DNA of 64,000 nucleotides from Fistulifera solaris (Eukaryota), in contig AP026162.1 of NCBI GenBank assembly GCA_030295235.1, forward strand, positions 1,798,001 through 1,862,000. The letters run 5' to 3'. Positions 23,959 to 36,900 of this stretch are shown one piece after another. The first letter of the stretch is position 1. Each line of letters opens with the position of its first letter. Under the pieces are notes generated by a model. It was not told the origin of the DNA. It worked only from the letters and a program-made list of their open reading frames with translations, and ran no database searches. Made by a program: the position numbers and the translations under genes.

Positions 23959-25511
23959 TTAAATTCCTCCTATTTGCATTCTACCATCGCTATCGAATCC
24001 TGGCATGAACATGTCGTCGGCATCGGGATTTGACCAAGGTGCGACTTCACCATTTCGCTCAGCTTCTATTTCCATTCTTTCGAGATCAAAGATAGAAGTT
24101 GTTTGATCCTTCCATACTCGATCTTGGTATTCGCGTACAGACATTCCTTGACCATAAATGCGTGTTGCAACAACCTCGGCTTCACTCGCTAGTTTCTTGA
24201 TACGAGAAGCCAAGTCCCCGCGATTTTCGTCGTCAGAACCAAGATTGCCAAAGTTCAAGAGCACAGCCTTGCATGCATTAATGAAATCTGGAGGTGGTAC
24301 ATCGGGAACAGGTTTTTCTTGATCAGGAGCTTCACCGTCCACTGCTTTTTGAGCATTTTCGGCTGTTCCTGGGACCAACAGAACGGTTTTGGGAGTGAAT
24401 GCGTCCTCTAGAATTTGTTCACGCGCAGCCGCATCGTCTGTTCGCAACAGTTTTCGAATCAAACGAATTTCTTTCGAGCTCAACTGCTTGTCTTTTTCGT
24501 CGGCAGCCCGCAGTCGGAGTCGTTTCATTAACTCAGCTGGACCGTTAGCACCAGCGATTCTCGCCTGATTTTCATTCGCCTCGAGCAAGAGTAAAAGGCC
24601 TCGTCGACCTCTCCCTCGCGAACCTTTTTTATAAGTGCACCTTCCATACGAGCTGGTTCTCCGAGTGATAAAACAGACTTTAAAAGCTCGGCAGCTCTAG
24701 CCATTCGTTTTTGTTGTTCCACAGCCAGTGCCGCCAAAAGTTCTGCGGCATCATTTTCTCCATTGCTGGCACGCTCGTTCAAGACTTTGACGAATTGTGC
24801 GTCAAACTGATCGTAGAAGTTGTACACAACAGAGGCATACGACTCTCCTCCTTTATAAGGTGGCATGACTTTTTTGAGCAAACTTTCGTAACTGAGACGG
24901 ATTTCCGGAGTCAACTCGGCATCGTAAAAACTGTTCTTTTTGTTCGTCTTTTGTTCGCTCGTCACTCCCATCTCTCCTTTCTCAATAGCCGCCGCCTTTT
25001 TCAAAATATCGGAAGCTGACAATTGCCGACCAGCATCAGCGTCGGCTTCGGCAGCTTCGATACGCTTCTTCTCGGCCTCTTCGGCTTCCTTGGCTGCACG
25101 TTCTTCAGCAAGTTTGCTCACTTCCATCTTGGTTTTAATGTCAATAATCATTTCATACAAGTCCTTGAGTGCCAGGCGCTCTTCGGGGTCATTCGATCGT
25201 TCAACTTTTTGATCGAGAAAGTTGACAAACTCGTCCGAACCAGCGAGTTCGATCTTGTTGATAATATCGACGCGGGGGTCGTTGGTGGAAAACACGAGAT
25301 CCGCCAGAAACATTTCGTAAGCATCGTTCATATTCACGTTTGTGCCCTCATTATCGGATCCCAAAAGATTGTAAGAGTCTGAGTTAATTTCATCCAGAAT
25401 GCCGTAGAGGGGACGGCATCCTTGGGAGACTTGACGGAATGGATTGACGGTAAAGGATGACACCTCGTAAGAACATGACAGCAAGGTAACGGCAGCTGCA
25501 GAAAACTTCAT
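23959..25511 (-). CDS. Plastid-targeted helical protein, possibly At4g37920-like
   Basis: MKFSAAAVTLL..VSS-FTV bipartite presequence; two ORFs joined by a frameshift near 24593; EIRLIRKLL...EDAFTP recalls the plant family. Confidence 0.7.
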
Positions 25512-25984
25512 TGTTCGGTTCAAATTGCTTCTCAATATACGAAAAGACTGTTCTCGATGTAAGAGTTGGTCGAAAACACGTAGTTTACGTTCTAGCTTGC
25601 CTTTTATTGTTGGTTTGAGGCAGTTTCTTGCAACAAACCATCAACAGAAATCAGAAAATGGACGGCTTCAGTGTTGTCTCGCACGTGCGTCACTGAACTA
25701 TCGTTTGGAGAGAAGCCTACGACGCGACGTCGGACATGGTATCTGATCTGGGTTTTTAGATACGGAGTAGTTACTACGCTCGCTACGACATCTGGAGTAC
25801 CGATCATGTTTTACAGTAGTCTAAAGAGTAGATTACTTTTTTCATTCTCGTTATTTTCTGCCACCATGACAAATAAACTCGCTGATGTGTTCTTTGCAAG
25901 AAAGGATGAATGAAAACGAGGATGCGGAGTGTTGTGTTTCACTGTTTTATCATTGTTGCATCAAACACACTATTGTAGTAGCTG

Positions 25985-26791
25985 ATGACACGGCAATTGC
26001 TTAACATTTTGCTTTTGCTAAGGACTTTTCTGGTGTCCAAAGCCTTCCTCCCTGCTTTTTCCAGAAGAACCGAGACCAAGTCCATTTGCTATTCTCAGTC
26101 ACCCAGTGAAAAGTTGGTTCAAGATGCTAAGGCTATGCTAGAAAAGGCTCGTCTTCTTCGAGAAGGTTTACCCGAAGACAAAGTTGTTTCTCCTTCGAAG
26201 ACGCCGTCGCCGTGGAATGTTCCCGATGGTCCCCAGGCGGCCACAGGATATCGCCTCTACATAGATATTGGTCGTGAACCTGGTACGTGGATGGATCCAC
26301 GATGGGGTGTCAGTGGAAAACGAATCGAGTTGACACTGGATGTGAACTTTATGATTGACGAAACAGCGGATTCGGAGACGGTGCAAGGCATGGTGAAAGA
26401 TAATTTGGGCGGAACGAGTTTGCCGGTCATGATGTTACGAACAGCGGAAAGCGCCCGATTAAGGGGTGGATTCGATAAAATGAAATGCAACAACGGCGGC
26501 TATCGAATTGATGTATCGAGCAATCCTCAAAAGTCAAACACACTTCGGTTATTCGTCCGAGCGGAGGGCACTCTGCAAGGTGACTTTGGCGATATTTACA
26601 TTCCTCAAGGAAATCTATACTTCTCGCTACCTGCATTCGGTGACGATGCTTCTCAGTTGTCGAGAAAAGAGGGGATTGTGACAGTACGACAAATGGGTTG
26701 GAACACAGGATGGCGTAGAGAAGAAAGTCGAATTGTGGGGGTCTTTCGCGCTCTTCCGATCAATGATGCGCGACGGTTGGATAAGTTCTAA
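25985..26791 (+). CDS. Plastid-targeted protein of unknown function
   Basis: Signal peptide then SKA-FLP; IGREPGTWMDPRWG motif; intact 268 aa. Confidence 0.75.
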   Translation: MTRQLLNILLLLRTFLVSKAFLPAFSRRTETKSICYSQSPSEKLVQDAKAMLEKARLLREGLPEDKVVSPSKTPSPWNVPDGPQAATGYRLYIDIGREPGTWMDPRWGVSGKRIELTLDVNFMIDETADSETVQGMVKDNLGGTSLPVMMLRTAESARLRGGFDKMKCNNGGYRIDVSSNPQKSNTLRLFVRAEGTLQGDFGDIYIPQGNLYFSLPAFGDDASQLSRKEGIVTVRQMGWNTGWRREESRIVGVFRALPINDARRLDKF

Positions 26792-27066
26792 ACTGTCGCC
26801 ATCCGTGTGCAACTATTTGACTTAAAAACAAGGAGTCGTAATAACTAATAATGTATTTGCTATAGAGAAAATTATCCGGGGCTTCATTTGTCGAAATAGG
26901 GTGTAGTGTGGGTACGCCGTAGATCCCCTTGCATTTGTTTATTGTAGCGTGCAGTTTTCTCACTGTATCTGCGAAAGAAAGCAGAAGATTGATGATGTAT
27001 TCGGATCGCTCCGGTTCCCCCATTAGGGATGCATATGAGTCATGTTCAGTTCTGTAGGTGATTGAG

Positions 27067-28562
27067 TTAAGCTTTCAGGGGGTTGGCTACTCCGTATTGT
27101 TTGAGCAAGGTCACTTTCTTCTCGCGGCAAACCGGCGATAAGAAGGAGACCAAGGGATTACCGCATAAGTTCTTGAAGTCATCCACAGCCTTCGCTTTTT
27201 CCGTCGCAGCTTTGGCAGCTTCGGCGGCGTTAGCCGCAGCTCTACGGGCTTCTTCCTTCTTTGCCTCTTCCTTAGCTCTCTTCTCCTTGGCGATCCTCTG
27301 AGCTTCTTCGGCCGCTAACTTAGCAGCAAGCTTTTCTGCAGCCTCGCGCGCGGCATCTGCTGCAGCTTTCTTTTCTTTCGCATAACGCGCGGCTTCCTCG
27401 GCTGCCACCTTAGCCGCAAGCTTTTCTGCTGAAGTCATTTCATTGACCGAGGGACCAAGCGTAGAAAGACGAACTCGATAAATGACATCGCCTACAGTTT
27501 TCCATTGCCACCATCCAATCGCAATCAATCCGGCAAAAACAACAGCAATCGCGGCCATTCGAATGCGCTTCTGTCGCTTCCTCAAGCGACGAAGCGTACT
27601 GCGACGTTGATTTCCAAAAGCAGGTAACGGATCCGGCGCAAAACTAAATTCTTCTTTTCTTTTCGGAGAATTGATTCCAGTGCTGTAATCTTTCATAGAT
27701 GAGTAGTCTGTATCAAACTTGCTAGGTGAAGCGAGCTTCTCCCACTTGATTCCATCCTTATCGGTAGTCTTTCGTGGGGGCGTCATCTTCTTGGAATAGT
27801 CAACGATAGGAACGTAATCATCATCGATTTCGCGAGTGTAGGATACTTTCTCCCACGTTACATCACCGCCCTCAATTTTGGATTTCGAACTGTAAATATC
27901 GATTCCATTGCTTGATTCAGCCGGATTGTCGCCGGTGAGATGAGAGATAGGGACAGTTGTTTTTGAATCTCCGCAAATGGAATCAGGCGACGCGGGCGAT
28001 GGCGTCAACGAACGAGGTGACGACGCGCTGGTATCGGGTGTATCCTTGATAAGCGCGGCGACCTTACGAGTAGATACAGGCGACGACACTTGAATAGCCT
28101 CCAGTGCTCGAGCCATTTCTTGTGAAGCTTGAACGATAGCATCTACATCATCAGATGTTCTCCTCGTACTGGAAAGATCACTGAGATCGGCACTATTCGA
28201 TGAGATGTTGGCCTCGATTTCGACTTCAGGGATATCAGCAGAGAAGATTTCGTTTTCTTCGATAACTTTTTCCTTGACACTGTAAACGTTGTTGCTGCTG
28301 AAACTTTCGGCCTCTTGAACATGATGCGTATCGAAGATGTTGGTAACTTCCATGGAGCTGCACACCGAGTCCTTGTCTTTAATTTGAATAGTTTCGGGGA
28401 ACCCGCTGGAAAATGAAGCTCCTGAGATGCTCTTGCTAGAAATTGTCCGCATTTCGTTTGCAGACGCTCCGCTTGTGCTAACATTTGCTCGAGTTCATCA
28501 TCTTGCGGATCCAAGTCGAGGGCATCGGGCTTGATGGATCGTTGTTCTGTCGCGCTGCTCAT
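27067..28562 (-). CDS. Single-pass membrane protein with Ala/Glu/Lys-rich coiled coil
   Basis: MSSATEQ start, frameshift near 28455, TM MAAIAVVFAGLIAIGWW, AEKLAAK repeats. Confidence 0.7.
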
Positions 28563-29230
28563 CTTGCAATATGCCTCTATCTTATTGTCTCTTTCGAAGA
28601 ATGAATGAATGATCAATGCCGGCAAACTTATAAAATGATAACAACAATAATGACCAGACAGTCGACACCAAAATCTGCCATTGCCCCCATCCGCATTATT
28701 TTCAAAATTGAAGCGGCGTGACGGCAGAATGCGTCTGTTTGCGCATTCTCCGTCTTTGCACTGGAACCGGTACTAAAATCGTTAACAATCCGTAAACGGT
28801 TTAAGGCTTCTCGAAAAAACGTGCGTGACAACGGCTATAGAAATTTCTATAGTTGTGGGGAACCATATGCTAAAGTGTACGCCGACGCCCTCCACCGTTG
28901 CCTGTTTTAAACTTAGACATATGCAACCTATCGATAAGATAGTGAAAATATTTATATACAGACCTGTATAAAGAGGCACATTTTCTTGGACTTCCTTTTC
29001 AAATTTTTGGTTTAACAATTCTGGAGTACGGAGCGACACGAGCACGAAATGACTATAGTTGCAAAGTGACAGTCAACTTTCCCACGATTGGATTCAGTCA
29101 TGAGGCTCTCAATGCATTATTACGCTGGAAAAATTACGGCTTGAATTTCGACCCTTTCTCTCATTCAAGCAAATAATAATGATCATTTTTTGCATTCAAT
29201 AACGAGCAAACCATTTTTATTGTCTGATCC

Positions 29231-29632
29231 ATGTCACTGCCGATAGAGAAGCCGAGCGTGAAGGCCACGTACTGGATCAACGGCGAGCAAACTGAACAAA
29301 GAACTTGGGATGCATCCAACACGTCTCACGCCGTCGTGGGTTTGCTGCCGGAACAAGATGCAGCGGAAAGGGTACGATAACAAAGCGCTGGGTTTTGTAT
29401 GCGCTTTTCACCGTTTTTTCTCATGAAAACCGATTTAGCCAGAGCCGGGTGAATTTCGCTACAGCGGACGGCACGACGGCGGTGTGTTGCCACCCCCAAA
29501 GATGGAGGACCGATGGCGTTAATGATAGGATGTGTACAAGAAGCAAAGAATGCGAATGATGAATACTTGACGAGTGTAATAGACAAGGAAAAAGACGAAA
29601 TTCCGCATAAAAAGTCAAAGCACGATTCCTGA
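29231..29632 (+). CDS. Small spliced gene (~110 aa), Gon7-like candidate
   Basis: Exon 1 29231-29371 (47 codons), intron 29372-29438 (GTACG..TTTAG), exon 2 with one homopolymer indel near 29497, TGA 29630-29632. Confidence 0.6.
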
Positions 29633-30019
29633 TTGATTGAACGAGTTCTCTATCGATTAAATCGGCTTCGGGATTTGAAGCGTTCATTATTGTACCAAAT
29701 GGGATGGCGACTTACGGTAATCTTGTTGGCTTTTTTAAAAAAGCGAATGAGAGAAAAGGTTTTCTTCCGGCAAACAAAAAGTTGCTTCTCGAAAAGCTAC
29801 CTAGCGATTCTACCCTATCCTTGCAAGTTTCATTCACCGGTCAAGATAACCATTTAATGTTCAGCATGTACCTAATGTATTTGTTTCAAAATTAACTTGT
29901 CATTAATAGCAAAGAGGAAGATTGTTATCTCTGCCGGTAGTCACGGGATGCGAATTATCACGAGAACGATGCGTGTAACTTCTTACAACACCAGATTATC
30001 TGTGCCTCATCTCTCATGA

Positions 30020-30550
30020 GGGACGTCAAAAGAACACACACCCCACATTTTCTGGACGTTGAAACATAGCACTCCCAGATTTCTGGGAATTGGTACGTGA
30101 TAAAACCACACGTCCACATTATTTTCTGGGCCCACCGCATTTCCTGATTTTCTGGCTACTTGAGAACACCATACGTGGGTAAGGGAAAACACCACGCCCC
30201 CACATTTTCTGGGACCGTGAAAAACAGACATACCAGATTTTCTGGGATTGGAAACACCAGTCAACCACATTTTCTGGGGACGTGAAACATCTCACTCCCA
30301 GATTTTCTGGGGACGTGAAATCACCACACCCCCACATTTTCTGGGTACGTGATAACATCGATCTTACAGATATTCTGGATAAGTGATAACACCACTCGCC
30401 CACATTTTCTGAAAACGTGAAAAACCACTCTTCCAGATTTTCTGGGGATGGGAAACACCAGTCCCCCATATTTTCTGGGGACGTGGTGTATCGCACTCCC
30501 AGAATTTCTGGGGACGTGAAACACCACACTCCCACATTTTCTGGGAACGC
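30020..30550. repeat. Minisatellite, ~33 bp unit (CCCA(C/G)ATTTTCTGGGGACGTGAAACACCACA), about 15 copies
   Basis: TTCTG core recurs about every 33 bp; CCCAC and CCCAG variants often alternate. Confidence 0.9.
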
Positions 30551-30743
30551 GAATACACTGCATCACACACCAAGAAGGATGAGCCCGCGTGTATTCGCCA
30601 CGTACGAACGGACGAGCGACGCACCTTTCTTTTCCTATCCTTTTGCAATGAAAAGATCGAGCGATGCGAGGGAGATCAAAAGGGCAAAGAAGAAGTCAAA
30701 CAACAAAGAACACAACTTTCCTTCAACTCAGCATCATGCAACG

Positions 30744-33700
30744 ATGATTCCACGCTCTCTTCATGTGTTCCCAGTGTCTGTTTTCTTCATAATACTTCGA
30801 TGGTCCTCAACAACCGTACAAAGCCTTCTGTTTCAGTCCAGTCAGCGATACCCTTCCACTTGTCGACGCCTTCATACTTCCACTATTGTGCTATGCAGCA
30901 ACAACTCGGACCTGTTAGAAACGAGAGAGGATGTTCCTGAAAATTTTCTGCTGGATGTCGAAGAGGATCTCAATTATTTCCCACGAAATTCTGCTTGGTT
31001 AGAGGAGGCAACCTTGTCGTTGCTGGATGAAGATCTCTATCCCATCGGAGAGCTTTCGGAGGAAGATGTTGTGACTATCGCCACTCTCATGGCGGCTTGG
31101 TCGAAACGAAACTCGGTGGATGCTGCCATCACCGTCGAACGATTACTAAAGCGCGTTGTGGATGACATGCAAGAGGGGAACTCGGTCGCACAAGTAACGA
31201 CGCGATTCTACGTATATGTAAGTCTGCAATTGAGTGAACGAGTACTTCTTTGCAGCAATCGAACGGACACTTCTAACACATTATATTGCTTATTACTTTT
31301 GTAGGCGATCGATGCATGGTCACGCTCTGGTGCAGAGGGTTCGGCACAAAGAGCTCAACAAATACACGATGCCATGATACAAACTTACCATGCAACCGAC
31401 AATTCACTCATAGCACCTTCCACGGTTAGTTACAACAGTGTCATGAATGCATGGAGTAAATCAAGCGAGCCCACGGCTGCCGAAAAAGCGGACGATTTGT
31501 TGATGGAGCTCGTAGACTCGTATCGAAACGGCAACAACGAATTAAAACCCGATGCTATCAGTTTCTCGACCGTTTTACATGCTTACGCCAAATCACAACA
31601 TCGGGAACGAGTCGCTAGAAGCGAAGCTATTTTTGAAATGATAGACACGTTGGAAATGCCGCCGAATCCGTATACGTACTCCGCACTGCAAAACATGTAT
31701 GCCCGAGCGGGAACGGAGGACGCTCCACAGAAAGCATTCGAGATTCTCGATCGGATGAATGAGCTATATCAAGCGGGCAATCTAAGTATGAAACCTTCTA
31801 CAATAAATTACAATGAGGTTTTAAATTCATTATCCCGGACCCCCAGTCGAAAATCAGCAGAAATGGCGGATCGATTGTTGATGAAGATGGAACTCCCGGT
31901 GCAACAAGGCGGATACGATGTTGAACCCGACCGTTTGTCGTACGCCGTTGCAATTCTTGCTTGTGCCAGATGTCCGGATGAATCTTTTGCCGCACAGGCT
32001 GCGGAAGCCAATTTGAAAAAGTTAGAAGCTCGCGCGAGACGAGAGGACCAGCGACGGCGTGAAATTTCGAGTGCTGCGCCTCCCGCCGTAACCCTGGATA
32101 TTGAATCGTTCAACGTTGTTTTGACGGCAATTTCAAAATCTCGAGAACCAGATGCACCTGAGCGAGCTCTGGATATAATTCAGCGAATGGAACGGTATGC
32201 AGCAGACGGTAATGATTCGCTTCGACCTAATAGCAGAAGTTGGAACGCTGTATTGAACGCGTTTGCGCGAGCCACAAAACGGAAAGATAGGAATTTCGCT
32301 GTCGAATCCCAGCGTATTTTAGAGAGATTGCTTTTTCAAAGTAAGGAGGGGCAAAGCTCTATCGTACCCAACGCGTACACGTTCGCTGCTGTTCTCAATG
32401 CTCAGCAGCGATCTGGTGATCCTGATGCCGCAGAACGTGCCGATTGTATTGTTCGGCAAATGGAAGAGTTATACGAATCAAGTGATCTTGATGCACCTCC
32501 TGATGTTTTCCATTATACCATACTTCTTAGTGCATGGGCTAGGTCGGGATCACCTCGTGCTGCTGACCGATGTTTGCAAATTCTGACTCACATGTACGAG
32601 CGTTCTAACGCGGGGTTCGATAATGTGAAGCCGAATGTCCGAACGTACAATGCGGTTCTTGATTGTTTGTCGAAGTCACACAAAGAGGATATTGCCGAGC
32701 AGTTGCTGTATCACATGCTGGATCTATTTCGAAGGGGAGACCACGCCTCGAAGCCCGACGCATTTTCCTTTAACTGTGTTATTCAAGCATTCGCGAAGTC
32801 CGACGCGCGAGGCAGTGGAAGAAGAGCAGAAGCTGTACTTGATCGTTTTCTCGAATTTCAAGAAGAAAAATCCTTCAGTGGGACCAGACACGCGAGCGTT
32901 TAAATATATAATGTCTCACTACAGTCGAAGCTCTAACATGGACGCACCCTACCGCGCTGAATATGTGCTGAACCGGATGATTGCACTCTACAAATCTGGA
33001 CATAGACATTTGGAGCCATCATTGTCGATGTTCACGACAGTAATGGATAGCTACTCGTATGCCAACCATCCGGATGCTGGAAACAACGCCGAACGTCTTC
33101 TTCGACTGATTCGAGAGTTGGAAAGAGGTTATGGTTGTTCCCATTTGATGGCTCATACAGCGGTGATGAACAGTGTTCTCATGGCTTATGCTACATCGGC
33201 CGCAAAGGATGAACAAGCTAGTTTTCGTGCAGAAAAGCTGTTATTAGACATGGAAAGAAGTTACGCCGCGGGGGACGCGTCACTCCAACCTGATACTAAA
33301 AGCTATGGATTAGTTTTGTCGGCGTGGTCCAAATCTTGCAGTTCACACAAAGCTCGAAGAGCACTCCAGCTCCTTAGACGTATGGAACAAGCTCAAAGAG
33401 AAGGAAACGATCGGGTTAGTGTAGATGAGCATGCATACTCTCTGGTAATCAACACTTGCGCATTTTGCAATGATGCAATTGACGTCGAAATTGAAGCATT
33501 TAAAATTGCCGAAACGATTTTTGACGAGATGCTGTCCTCCTCAGATAACAGCCCATCTAGTCTTACATACGGCTGGTTCATTCAGGCATGTGGGCGGCTA
33601 CGTGTATCGAAAGATGAGAGTGCAAAGGCAATTGAAAAAGCTTTCAAACGATGCTGTGATGATGGCCTCTTGAACGACTTCGTATTCCATAGATTGAAAG

Positions 33701-33828
33701 GCGCTGCATCGGATGAGGTTTTCTTGTCGCTCTTAAGTGGGACGGCTCTCAGTGGTCTAAAAGACGGAAGAAAACAAAAAGTAGGGATTCAACGGCTACC
33801 CTTTGAATGGCGAAGAAACTGTAAATGA
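30744..33828 (+). CDS. Pentatricopeptide repeat (PPR) protein, organelle-targeted
   Basis: Many PxxxSYNxVxxAW-type repeats; intron 31218-31304; frameshift near 32870. Confidence 0.9.
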
Positions 33829-33938
33829 TGTCACAGAGGCGCTGTCATGGGTAATGGAGATTTGGTGCAAATTTTATGAGATCGTCCTTTCTTCTATGGT
33901 TCCGATATCATATGTTCGGAACTTTTTATTGATCTGGT

Positions 33939-36900
33939 CTACAAGCCCATATCATTCCACGATGACAAGAGGAGGTAATTCAAAAGTTTTTGCACGGCGA
34001 AGACCAGGCGACTTCTTGTGCTCGTATCATGTTTCTCTTCGCATTCCATAACCTCTACGGCAATCGTATTATCAGAATGCGCTGCAAGAATTAGAAATAC
34101 ATCTTCGCTCCGACAGTAAAACATTTTTCGTGCAGGCCCTAGAGACCATGAAGGAGAAAATGCAGGCTCTCTCTCCAAGCGACAGCAATAATGTGTCCAC
34201 TCGCCAAGAACGTTTCTGTTGCAAATCATTTTGATTTTTCCAAATCTGAATTTGATTTAAGAATCTCTGAAACGGGTTTCACGACACAGAAGCTAATGAG
34301 CTCTTCAATTTCACTTATTATTGGCGCTCCAGCTTTCGACTTCCCCGATAATTTTGTCCATAAATTGTCTCGATACAGAAGTCTCGCAGCCATCCGCAGC
34401 TCTCGATATGCGAGACCCGCAGCTTCCACTGCTATATTGTCAATTATCGGTATTGCAATTTTCGAACCGGGTCGAAACATGAATTCGTGAAGATTTCGGC
34501 CCTGAGTACGGCACAAAATGATTAGGCCAAGGCTTTCCGTCGATGAGGGATCGTGAATTATTGAGCAAAGAGAAATTGTTCCGTTCACAAGGATTTCTTT
34601 TTTAAAACACAGACCGTATTCTCCGCATCGCAAAATATTTATGTTGTTGCAGGTCGAGGAAAGCCACTTGAAAAGTGTAGAGGCGTCGTATTTGGACAGT
34701 GCCGGATCGCAAAAAGATGCCAGGATTATCTTGGTGGAAAAAGCCCGAAAGCTTGATCTTAGTACCAGTCTCTGATCAGCTAATGCACGGTGAAAAATCA
34801 GGTCTTGTAGCAACTTCAAAGCGTCCTCGCAGTCAATGGGTCCGTCCACTGATTTCAATGCTCTCTCGGCAACCGAAGCTGCGTGATCAAAAAGAGCCTT
34901 ATCTAGTCGGAGCATTTTTTTGGAGTGCAATAATAAGATATCCATCCCAGTTGCATCTTTTTCTCGCATTGCGTTAGAAAAATATCTTCTTCGTTTTGAT
35001 TGTCCTCGACGGCCTCTCTCCTTTTGACGACGAGGCAATAAAAGGAGAAAAGATTCGGCCGAAAGCACGTAACTTGTAGAACTAGAAGACAGGACCGAAA
35101 CTTTCGTGACACAAATGCACTGGGCAGAACTCACAGATCTTGATTTGGAGGAAATAATTGTTCTCTCTGACGAGTGACCATTATTTTGGAGCTGCATAAT
35201 CATTAATCCATCAATCAAGGATGTTGTCACCTGGGCAAATGAATCAACAAACGAGGGCCTCAGTGTAGAAGGAATTGGGAGCAATTCTGAGACATGTGCC
35301 ACGCCACAGCTATTTTCTTGTAATAAAGACCACGCGCTAGCCATTGACACGTCCTTTTTTGGTGATAAATGCCAAACAGCTGAATTCGCTACTTTGGTCA
35401 TTTTAGCCTGTTCAGTGTGTGTTCGAGTCTGTCCAGAGTTGGCTAGGCTACTATAATGCTGTTGGATACTAGCTTCCTGCGGATCGACGTATATTGCCCG
35501 AGTCGTTTGTATGGCTGCATTCGAAGTACCGCCTTTGAGTCGTGCAACCTGACCTTTTCGCGTCTGTGTAGGCTGTTTCTGGGCACTTGTCGTGTTTCCA
35601 GAAGGTGTGCCTTTAAATAAATTCGAGCTAGCTCTAGCTCTTGAAGCGGCTACTGCGTGCAACGCCGACCCCTCAACAGACTTCCCAATCAATTTTGGCT
35701 TTCTTATGCTCGTCGGGCGGCTTATCCGACGTCGTGGTGCCGATTGCGATTCTTCTATGAGCACATCTGGAGCACCTGATTGACTCGACGAGTTTATTTT
35801 GAATTTTTCCTCTCTATTGTTGATCTTTAAAGCTTTTTCTGGCTGCTTGGCTGGCTCTTTTGTGCTTCTAGGTGCTAATATTTTGAGTGAATTCCGCTGC
35901 AGCGTGTCTACCGAAGCCCTTGCGACGTTGCTCATCTGGTTCTCTTTAGAAGTTACGCGAGCTGCTATTTTCTCAAACAAACTTGTAGACCAGTTATAAG
36001 CGAGTAGAGAACGCTTATTGCGTTTCACGACTAGCACGAAAGCCAGCGATCTTGAAAGAATAATGGGTTGCTCTCTTTCATTCGTTCAAGAGCAGCAACA
36101 ACAAGGTCCGACTTCGCACCTTTATCATTTATGGCTACCTGTTCAAAAAGCTTGGGTGGACCATCACTCTGACGAGAAAGACAAAAGATAATGTATTCAG
36201 GACAGTCTACGGGTTCGTCTTCCTTTGGGCGAATATTTGATAGATTCACAATTTCTGGGGGTTCATTCCGTGATAACCGTATTGTACACAGTTCAAAAAC
36301 CAGATCCTGACCCTGTGGTGCTTCTTTTGACTCCAGTCGCATCTGGTCTAAAATGATTCCATTGGTTATCTCAAAAGCAAATTTGGCGACACTCGATGCT
36401 CTTAGATCTGCTGCATCGTATTGGATCTTGAGCACCGCAGGATGCGGTAAATTGTACGACGACTCAAGCACACTAGTGATGGCAGGTAATCCAGGGCAAA
36501 GACATTCAATCGCCTCATCTCTTGAAAAATCGCCCGAGACTTTGACGTTTGGTGTTTTTTCCATGTCTCCACTTCGCTTTTTTCTAAGTAGATTCTCCAT
36601 GGTCCAAGCTGCAAGACCTTGGTTCAAAGTCAACTTGAGCCAATCATGAAGAACATCCCTTTTCAACACGGTGTCATAGATTTTTATTTGTACGAAAAAC
36701 TTCGATTCCATTCCAATTTTGTCTTCATCTCTAGAGAGATCTAGTAAGTCAATCAATCTAATGTCCATTACGTCCACGGTCAATTTATTGTCCAATGCAG
36801 CCGTCTCGCCGATAGAGGGCAGCAAAGAAACCTTTTTCCTTGCTCATTGACGAGAGACACCTCTATCAAGCCCACACCCGTTCCTGTCATTCTTGAAAAT

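Noticed and set aside
30007..30648. Overlapping ORFs and the N-terminal extension of ORF 30417-31304
   Set aside because: Derived from the 33-bp minisatellite; the PPR gene more plausibly starts at ATG 30744.
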